From Hyphomonadaceae bacterium (GTDB lineage: Bacteria; Pseudomonadota; Alphaproteobacteria; Caulobacterales; Hyphomonadaceae), in assembly GCA_024743315.1 (NCBI GenBank), contig JANSWU010000004.1, positions 323,106-387,105 on the forward strand: a stretch of 64,000 bases of DNA. Direction: 5' to 3'. Of this stretch, positions 57,527-64,000 are shown piece by piece. Positions within the stretch are counted from its first letter, which is position 1; each line of letters opens with the position of its first letter. Below the pieces are notes generated by a model, which made no database searches, was not told the DNA's origin, and saw nothing but the letters and a program-made list of their open reading frames with translations. The position numbers and the translations under genes were made by a program.

Positions 57527-59977
57527 CTAATTGGCCACAACACTGAAATTGAAACAGATATCCCTGAGCTCGTCGCGCTCATTTTCCCAGTCGTGCAAGG
57601 TGATCGCATAAGTACCGGCTGACAGATTCCCGGACCAAGTTTCAACACCCTCAAAAGGGCTTTCAGCATCAACTATTGTTTGCCCCTTCAGAAAAATTCT
57701 GAAGTCCGGATCCACGTCTTCAACTGTCCGGTCGGGATCAGGGATTTCCGTCGCTGTGATCGTCAGGTCACTCGGCGTATCCACTGTGAGCATGACGAAT
57801 TCATGCACGCCGAGCCCGTTATATTCGTTGTATTGGCCAGTTGAGCAAAGGGTCAGATCCGGGTCCCCGACGGCCATTTCCTTGTAAACGGGATAGGGCG
57901 TGGCTTGATTATAGACCGCCGGAAATATGTCCGACAGTTCCCCATCATTGGTTTCCCCTTGTCCGAGCGGGCCAGTGCCAGAGATGTCTTCATCGGCGAG
58001 AATGGCATCGAGCGCCGCATCTAGTCCGGGATCCTTATTGGGATCAGCGCGCAATTGATGAATGAAGGAAAAAAGCGTGGTTAGTGTTTCTTGCTCAACA
58101 TAGTCAGGATGCGTCAGAGCTTCATAAAGCGGTGCATATCCAAGCGAGATTGTATCTGGCCCATCATCATTGTCGTCATAGAGATCAAAGACGATTTGCT
58201 GCACCGTGGCGGGACTGAACCAACCTTGTCGCCGGGATGCGCCTTCTGAGCCCGTACTGTCGGCATCGAGGTTCATGCCGAAGGCTTGGTTTTGTTTGCT
58301 CCCATAGGTGTCATCATATCGGTCACGCGACAGGAACACACCAGAAAACGCATTTGCGGTTCCTTCACTGAACGCCACACGAGGATCAAGCCGTCTGCGC
58401 GTGCCCCATGGGCCGCCCAAGCTATCATTGCGCGACAGAACATCCTGCAAAAAGTGGGTAAATTCGTGTGCGATCACCGAGTGATCATATTCTTCAGTAT
58501 CAATGTCTGCCGCGCCAGACAGGACGATGCGCCTTAGACCGGAATTGTAATAAGCTGGCCCACCAATTTCGCCATCCTCGAAATCGCCGTCCGTCGGCAC
58601 GTTGTTGGGGCTCCAGAACACGCGCAAATATGGGAATGAGACATCCGGATCGACGGATGCGGTCAAGGTCACGGCGTCATAGATAACATGCAGGATGGAA
58701 AACGGTCCGGCCGCGCGCGGCTCGGTATACTCCCCTTGCCCGCCATCCGCGTCCGGGTCCCATCCGGAGGGTGCGTTCAGGTCCCGCGTTGAGTCCGTTA
58801 CACCCGAATCCACAAGCCCCCCAGCCAGGATGTAGACTGCGTCCTGATTAGTATTGTCGAGCACATCAACATCCCAATTCGGCGGGCCGGTCTGTTTGAA
58901 TTGGCTGTAGACCCGGACCTGGACCTCGGTCTGGGACGGGACGGTAAAGCTGTAGGCACCAAACGCATCGGTGGCGCTTTCGGCGATCTGATTGCCCGCA
59001 CTGTCGACGATTTCGATCACCGCCCCGCGCACCGGCGATTGAAAGGTCGCGGCATAATCCAGGCCGGAATTATTCGATTTGAGCGGCACCATGTCGAAGG
59101 TGACCACGCCGTCAATGATCACTGTCGCCGGAGGTGGCGGTGGTGGAGGTGGTGGTGGTGGTGGCGGCGGAGGCGGTGGTGGCGGCGGCGGTGGCGGTGG
59201 CGGCGGTGGCGGCGGTGGCGGCGGCGGAGGCGGTGGTGGCGGCGGCGGAGGCGGTGGTGGCGGCGGTGGCGGTGGCGGTGGTGGCGCGACTGTGGGGTTT
59301 TCTGCCCCGGCCGTGTTCGAATTCAGACTCACAAACCAGGTACCGTCTGGCAGGCGCTGGAGAGAGCTTCCGAGCGGCGTTTGCGTGTTTTCATCCACGC
59401 CGACATCAATTGACATTGTGCCCTGCGCAGGACCATCGATCGCCTCGAACACGCCTTCATAAGACAGGAACTCAACGAGCACCCCTCCGCGTATCAAGGC
59501 AATCCCGTCCGGCCCGTTTTGCAGGCCCTCCTGAGACTGGTCGAAGACATAATAGTGATAATCACCGACGGTTGTCTGGGTCGCATCGGCGAAGTCTAGC
59601 GTGCGATATGAGGAGCCGGTCTCACCATCATAGAGCACCACGCTCAAGCTCGATACATCACCATCGGTCGACACCCTGATCTCGATAAACTCTCCCGAAT
59701 TGGCGACGACGACGCCAGGTGCCGAACTCTCATTGTCATAATGAAACTCACTGATCTGCACCGAGGATGGCGGAGGAGGCGGTGGTGGCGGCGGCGGCGG
59801 GGGCGGTGGTGGTGGTGGCGGAGGAGGAGGTGATGTTGTTGGCGGAGTCGGCGCGATCGTATTCGGGCCAGCGTCTGAGCCGCCGCCGCCGCCACATGCG
59901 GTCAAGGCTGCGCTGGCAATGATCAGGGCAAGGAGACTGACGCCGTTTTTGTGAAGTTGAAATGAGCGAATACGCAA
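57527..59977 (-). CDS. Lipoprotein zinc metalloprotease A with lamin-tail domain and poly-Pro linkers
   Basis: Lipobox LTAC-GGGGG, Pro21, LTD-like VQISEFHYDN...EFIEI...LQNGPDG...FLSYEG, Pro~52, beta-sandwich, HEFTH + FSEG, PPC-like C-terminus. Confidence 0.82.
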   Translation of the reverse strand: MRIRSFQLHKNGVSLLALIIASAALTACGGGGGSDAGPNTIAPTPPTTSPPPPPPPPPPPPPPPPPPPPPSSVQISEFHYDNESSAPGVVVANSGEFIEIRVSTDGDVSSLSVVLYDGETGSSYRTLDFADATQTTVGDYHYYVFDQSQEGLQNGPDGIALIRGGVLVEFLSYEGVFEAIDGPAQGTMSIDVGVDENTQTPLGSSLQRLPDGTWFVSLNSNTAGAENPTVAPPPPPPPPPPPPPPPPPPPPPPPPPPPPPPPPPPPPPPPPPPPPPPPPPPPPATVIIDGVVTFDMVPLKSNNSGLDYAATFQSPVRGAVIEIVDSAGNQIAESATDAFGAYSFTVPSQTEVQVRVYSQFKQTGPPNWDVDVLDNTNQDAVYILAGGLVDSGVTDSTRDLNAPSGWDPDADGGQGEYTEPRAAGPFSILHVIYDAVTLTASVDPDVSFPYLRVFWSPNNVPTDGDFEDGEIGGPAYYNSGLRRIVLSGAADIDTEEYDHSVIAHEFTHFLQDVLSRNDSLGGPWGTRRRLDPRVAFSEGTANAFSGVFLSRDRYDDTYGSKQNQAFGMNLDADSTGSEGASRRQGWFSPATVQQIVFDLYDDNDDGPDTISLGYAPLYEALTHPDYVEQETLTTLFSFIHQLRADPNKDPGLDAALDAILADEDISGTGPLGQGETNDGELSDIFPAVYNQATPYPVYKEMAVGDPDLTLCSTGQYNEYNGLGVHEFVMLTVDTPSDLTITATEIPDPDRTVEDVDPDFRIFLKGQTIVDAESPFEGVETWSGNLSAGTYAITLHDWENERDELRDICFNFSVVAN
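59129..59284 (-). repeat. (CCN)n proline-codon repeat, about 52 codons
   Basis: Counted from the coordinates: 156 nt of mixed CCG/CCA/CCT codons. Confidence 0.95.
59768..59830 (-). repeat. (CCN)n proline-codon repeat, 21 codons
   Basis: 63 nt of mixed Pro codons. Confidence 0.95.
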
Positions 59978-60135
59978 CGCGAGAACTCCCGAACGGTTCC
60001 GGACCTGAACGGGACTGCATTCAAGCTATTCTCAGATAGCGAAAGCGCGTTTCCCCCCCGCATCGAGAACAGTGTTCTGAATAGTCTGAGTTGGCAAGAT
60101 TGATATTTAAGAATTTTCAGTATTGAGACATCAGG

Positions 60136-60150
60136 GCAATTAATAATTGC
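60136..60150. promoter_or_regulatory. Palindromic operator candidate upstream of metalloprotease A
   Basis: GCAATTA-A-TAATTGC in an AT-rich intergenic stretch. Confidence 0.4.
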
Positions 60151-60224
60151 TCATTAACTGAACAGAGCGCTCGAGCGCGTGTTATTTTATAAGTATCGGC
60201 GCGACGGAAATGCGCTCGCCGGGA

Positions 60225-60803
60225 CTATTCAATCGTCTCTTCGGCGGGCAATAGGATCGCAGCCTCACCGGACAGCATCATCTGCATATCTTTTTCAGAT
60301 TTCAACTTGGCTTGCGCCGTCTGCCAATCGCCAACTTCAATCCTGACTGCATGTGCGCGCGTTTCACTCAACCCGCCTTTTGGTTCAGCGGTCGCCATGA
60401 TGTTGATATAATGCACGCCATCCGTTTCGCCCTGGAAGTCTATGCGCCATTCGTGTGTGGTCGCGTTGGACATATCCACGCGCATGGTTCGACTGGCCCC
60501 AAAGACTGCAAGCCCAGTCGCACCGGTTGCACTCAAAATCAGAGTCCCAGACGGGTATCCCTCATTTACCGTCACCACGACCGAACCGTTCTCGCCGATC
60601 TCGACCGGTTTCACAGTGGGCGTTGAAAATGTCACGGACGCACCGGGTTTCACCGTGGTGATCGGCGGCGCGAGTTTAACCGAGGTTTCTGTCCGTTCTG
60701 TCGCGAGTTCCAGGTCCGTCGCCGCGGATTGCGTGCAGGCAGACAGAGCGAGGCCCAAAGTCGTGGCGGCCGCGGCACCGAATAGGCTTATGCGATTAAA
60801 CAT
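60225..60803 (-). CDS. Partner lipoprotein B
   Basis: SD gaggagaag, lipobox LSAC, paralog of 56942-57517, ends LPAEETIE. Confidence 0.82.
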   Translation of the reverse strand: MFNRISLFGAAAATTLGLALSACTQSAATDLELATERTETSVKLAPPITTVKPGASVTFSTPTVKPVEIGENGSVVVTVNEGYPSGTLILSATGATGLAVFGASRTMRVDMSNATTHEWRIDFQGETDGVHYINIMATAEPKGGLSETRAHAVRIEVGDWQTAQAKLKSEKDMQMMLSGEAAILLPAEETIE

Positions 60804-60817
60804 GAACTTCTCCTCAC

Positions 60818-62554
60818 TCAGGTGACTGTGAAGCTGAAACAGCTGTCATCCTCAGGCGTCTCATCAAACTTATTGAAATCATAAAATTCGATCGCATAAG
60901 TCCCGGCATCAAGCGTCCCGGTCCAGATTTCGCTGCCATCAGCAGTGCTCTCAGCGCGTCGATCCTGACCGCGCGTATCGCGCGTGAACAATTGTCCTGT
61001 TTCCCAAATGCGAAAGTCCGGATCAGTCTCAGTTACACTGCTTAACGGGGCGGTTTCGGTCGCGGTCATCGTCACCGCGCCGGTGCTTGTCAGCGTCAGA
61101 CTGATATACTCGCGAACCCCATGCTTATTCGTGTCGCCATTATCGTCGGTTGAACAAACGATGACAGCCCCGCCGCCTTGAGTGACTGTTTTGTAGACGG
61201 GCAGAGACTGTGCCACGGCACCATTATTGGTCTCGCCAAGGCCGCGGGATCCGGTGCCGTTAATGTCTTCTGCGACCAACATTGCATCAAGCACGCTGGC
61301 GCTGACACTGCTCTCGTTCCGTATGCGATTTGCGAAGGCGAAGATCGTCGTAAAATCGACATTGGAGATATAAGCCGGGTCGGTGAACGCCGCATAAAGC
61401 GGTGCCAAACCGCCTGAGATCGTGTCGGCACCGTCATCAGCACTGTCATAAATATCGTAAAGGATCTGCTGGACCGAGGCTTCGTTGAACCAGCCCGGGT
61501 CACGCGTGCCGCTGCTGCCTGGCGTGAGGTCATCTTCGACACTGAACGCAAACCCGCCGGCTTGCTGTGCGTTCAAAGCATCGCGATAAATTGGGTCATC
61601 CAGGATCATCGCAGAAAACGCATTGCCCCAACCTTCGCCAAAGGCGAGGCGGGCATCTAGGCGATTGCTGAGGCTGTGCGATCCCCCTGGAGAATCTGAA
61701 CGTGACAGCTGATCTTCGAAGTAATGGCCAAACTCGTGCACAATAACATGGATATCATATTCATCGGTGTCATTGTTCTCGGCGCCGAGGATCCGAATCG
61801 TCGGCACGCCATTCGATCTGGTATAGGAAGATGTGCCAATCTCGCCATCTGCAACATTTCCATTCGTCGGCACATTATTGACGCTCCACAGCACTTGCAG
61901 AGCCGGAAAACTCACATCTGGATCAACCGCTGCAATGTCAGTCACTGTGTCGTAAATGGCATCCAGGATCGAGAATGGACCGGCGGCGCGCGTCCCAGTG
62001 TAGGACGCGCCGCCCCAACCCGATCCAGCATTTAAGTTGCGGGTGGAATTCGAAATCCCTGAACTCGTCAGGCTGCCATTCAGGACATAGATCGCGTTGC
62101 TACTGGTATTATCCAAGACTTGAATATCCCAGGTCGCGCCACTTGATTGTTGCAACTCGCTGCGAACGCGGATGCGCACATCTGTGTTTGAGTTCACATC
62201 GACATCATAATTACCATTGCCATCCGTGACGTCCGTATCAAGAACCGACCCGCTTGCATCGACGGCCTGGACCACGACACCGCGCGCAGGTTCCTGAGTG
62301 ATGGCATCATAGTTGAGCCCGCGGAAATTGTTATTATGCGGCACCTTATCAAACGTCACCTGGCCTGAAATCGTTACAGAGTTCGGTGGCGGCGGTGGCG
62401 GTGGAGGAGGCGGCGGCGAAACGCTTGTGCCGCCGCCTGGCGTGGTTGACCCACCGCCTCCGCCGCCACCGCAGGCTGCGATCAGTCCGACTGATAATAT
62501 GAGCGCCGCCATACCCACGGCGCGTTTGCGCCGCGTCGTTCCAGCTTTTACCAA
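60818..62554 (-). CDS. Lipoprotein zinc metalloprotease B with poly-Pro linker
   Basis: Lipobox IAAC-G7, Pro11 (62384-62416), beta-sandwich, HEFGH...GGSH...FGEGWGNAFS, PPC-like C-terminus. TTG start. Confidence 0.85.
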   Translation of the reverse strand: MVKAGTTRRKRAVGMAALILSVGLIAACGGGGGGGSTTPGGGTSVSPPPPPPPPPPPNSVTISGQVTFDKVPHNNNFRGLNYDAITQEPARGVVVQAVDASGSVLDTDVTDGNGNYDVDVNSNTDVRIRVRSELQQSSGATWDIQVLDNTSSNAIYVLNGSLTSSGISNSTRNLNAGSGWGGASYTGTRAAGPFSILDAIYDTVTDIAAVDPDVSFPALQVLWSVNNVPTNGNVADGEIGTSSYTRSNGVPTIRILGAENNDTDEYDIHVIVHEFGHYFEDQLSRSDSPGGSHSLSNRLDARLAFGEGWGNAFSAMILDDPIYRDALNAQQAGGFAFSVEDDLTPGSSGTRDPGWFNEASVQQILYDIYDSADDGADTISGGLAPLYAAFTDPAYISNVDFTTIFAFANRIRNESSVSASVLDAMLVAEDINGTGSRGLGETNNGAVAQSLPVYKTVTQGGGAVIVCSTDDNGDTNKHGVREYISLTLTSTGAVTMTATETAPLSSVTETDPDFRIWETGQLFTRDTRGQDRRAESTADGSEIWTGTLDAGTYAIEFYDFNKFDETPEDDSCFSFTVT

Positions 62555-62750
62555 CGTCCCAGTCTCCAGCTACTCACCTAAACCATAGCGGGAAAAAGAT
62601 TTCTCGACGACTAATGAGAGGTTAACGCAGTCTGATTCCCAATAATGGAATAAGCTGGATCATGGCGCTTGATCGGACAAGGCAAGACCTCAGCAGATGA
62701 CTAAAATTTGAAGAAGCGCGACGAACGCAGAACCGCTGGCCAGGCAAACA

Positions 62751-62780
62751 GAAGGCGCAGAGAAACTTCTCTGCGCCTTC
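62751..62780 (-). terminator. Strong hairpin downstream of the vWA gene
   Basis: gaaggcgcagagaa / ttctctgcgccttc perfect inverted repeat followed by tgttt on the minus strand. Confidence 0.7.
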
Positions 62781-62831
62781 CGCTCTCACCCGCATTGCGT
62801 CCCGTGCCCGCGGGGAAAAAGGGTACTCTAC

Positions 62832-63605
62832 TTAACGGTTGGAGCCTTTGCGGTCCTTGACGTCTTCTTCTTCCGCAACTGCGCGGTCTTCGGCGTCAAA
62901 TTCGATCTCGGCCGCTTCGCCTTTGCCATAATCGCGGGCCTTTCGGGCGAGGCGCTCCTGCGTGACGGCGAGGGATCCGGCGCTCACCGCCATTTGTTTA
63001 CTGGCGCTCACGCCGACCGCATCGGCATCCCCGAAGCTCGCGAATTCTGCGCCCAGGAAGACCACTTCCCACCCGCGGGCTTCTGCCCGATCTAGCGCGG
63101 CTTTTGCACCTTCGCGTGTCACTTCGCGGGATGAGTTCTCATGACCGTCGGTCATGATCACGATCACCGCTTTTTCAGGATTGTCTGCCTCGGCCATGGT
63201 GATGGTGCGATTGATCGCATCGAACAAAGGGGTCATGCCGCGCGGCGTCACTTCGTCATTGGTGACTTTGGTCCAGGCGTCCGGCTGCACTTGCTTGCGC
63301 AGCACGTCATATTGGAAGCCTTCCTGATGATCGAAGACGGCTAGAGTGACCGAAGTCTCAAGATCATCGGCTTCGCCGTCCTCGAGTTTGCCGACGGCCT
63401 CGGCATAGGCGTTCACAGAGCCAAGGGCTTCGTCCCATATGTCGGACATGGATCCGGTTCGGTCGAGGAGGATGTAGGATGAGACAGCTTTCATGATCGG
63501 AGTATCCGCAATCGGTTCAGGGGTAGGTTTGGTTTTCGCATGCGCGCCAAAGGCAACGGCGGTGGCGGCGATCACGCTGGCAATTGTCAGGCTGGTTCGT
63601 TTCAT
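62832..63605 (-). CDS. Exported vWA-domain protein
   Basis: Signal peptide, MIDAS DRTGS (DxSxS variant), GMTPLFDAI, MTDGHENSSRE, VFLGA. Confidence 0.88.
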   Translation of the reverse strand: MKRTSLTIASVIAATAVAFGAHAKTKPTPEPIADTPIMKAVSSYILLDRTGSMSDIWDEALGSVNAYAEAVGKLEDGEADDLETSVTLAVFDHQEGFQYDVLRKQVQPDAWTKVTNDEVTPRGMTPLFDAINRTITMAEADNPEKAVIVIMTDGHENSSREVTREGAKAALDRAEARGWEVVFLGAEFASFGDADAVGVSASKQMAVSAGSLAVTQERLARKARDYGKGEAAEIEFDAEDRAVAEEEDVKDRKGSNR

Positions 63606-63781
63606 GAGGTGCGTCTCCCATTCGCTTGTCGTGTGCGGAAGACTGTCAGGGTTAATCAAGGCACAGACCCGGCACCAAAAAAGGCATTTTGCCCTTATTT
63701 GTGTCGGCCTCGCCCATTTCTGGTCATCGGCCATTCAGGAAAGTCGCTTGTCGAATTCGGCGGCTGGTTTATCCGGAGGGT

Positions 63782-64000
63782 ATGACTCGTATTGCCCTGG
63801 CGCTTTTTTCCACCTGCGCGACACTCGCTGGATGTGTCTCCATGCCTGAATATGATCGCTTAAGCTTGCCCGACGGCTATGCGCTGGTCTGGTCCGATGA
63901 GTTCGAGACGGACGGCCTGCCAGACGAAAACAAATGGGCTTATGATACGTATCGAAACGCTGCGGGCTGGTATAATGATGAGCGTCAATATTATAGCGCC
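63782..64000 (+). CDS. Glycoside hydrolase family 16 lipoprotein (5' part; runs off the right edge)
   Basis: Not in the ORF track; hand translation MTRIALALFSTCATLAGCVSMPEYDRLSLPDGYALVWSDEFETDGLPDENKWAYD...GWYNDERQYY; SD ggaggg. Confidence 0.85.
   Translation, partial: MTRIALALFSTCATLAGCVSMPEYDRLSLPDGYALVWSDEFETDGLPDENKWAYDTYRNAAGWYNDERQYYSA

Noticed and set aside
59129-59284. GGN/CCN repeat as a CRISPR array or non-coding VNTR
   Set aside because: There is no repeat-spacer structure and no cas gene; it lies in frame inside a CDS.
59079-59679. Poly-Gly and poly-Ala/Val/Arg ORFs on the + strand
   Set aside because: These are antisense and alternate-frame shadows of the poly-Pro codons of the metalloprotease; no SD and no domain content.

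Overview
A 64 kb chromosomal window from a GC-rich alphaproteobacterium. Gene content (ctrA, sciP, many lipoproteins, fatty-acid catabolism, TonB receptor) suggests Caulobacterales/Hyphomonadaceae; this is inferred, not tested. Most of the window is housekeeping or metabolic (ygfZ, tag, KAS III, kynU, argS, ispH, purB, PBP1A, typA). I saw no tRNA, rRNA, CRISPR array, integrase or transposase. Three regions stand out. (1) 11.0-17.9 kb: sciP, then an intact, translationally coupled but trimmed flagellar switch module (213-aa mini-FliF, FliG, 119-aa FliH, FliN), a secreted caspase-like gene, a P-loop-degenerate FlhF, FlhG and ctrA. FlhA, FlbD, FliM and FliI are not in the window, so this looks like an export-less or repurposed basal-body scaffold. 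(2) 56.9-62.6 kb: a tandemly duplicated two-gene module, each copy a poly-proline-tethered lipoprotein zinc metalloprotease plus a small partner lipoprotein. One copy has an added lamin-tail domain and a run of about 52 prolines, and the module abuts an orphan sdpRI-like pair. (3) 9.3-9.8 kb: a solo yjhX/topAI-family gene behind a structured leader with an 8-codon uORF (MFNQSETR). Smaller oddities include an orphan BciA-like reductase, an AT-rich 8-Cys secreted protein, a Zn-ribbon membrane protein and an anti-SD hairpin after an OMP gene. All family calls come from motif recognition by eye; no searches were run.
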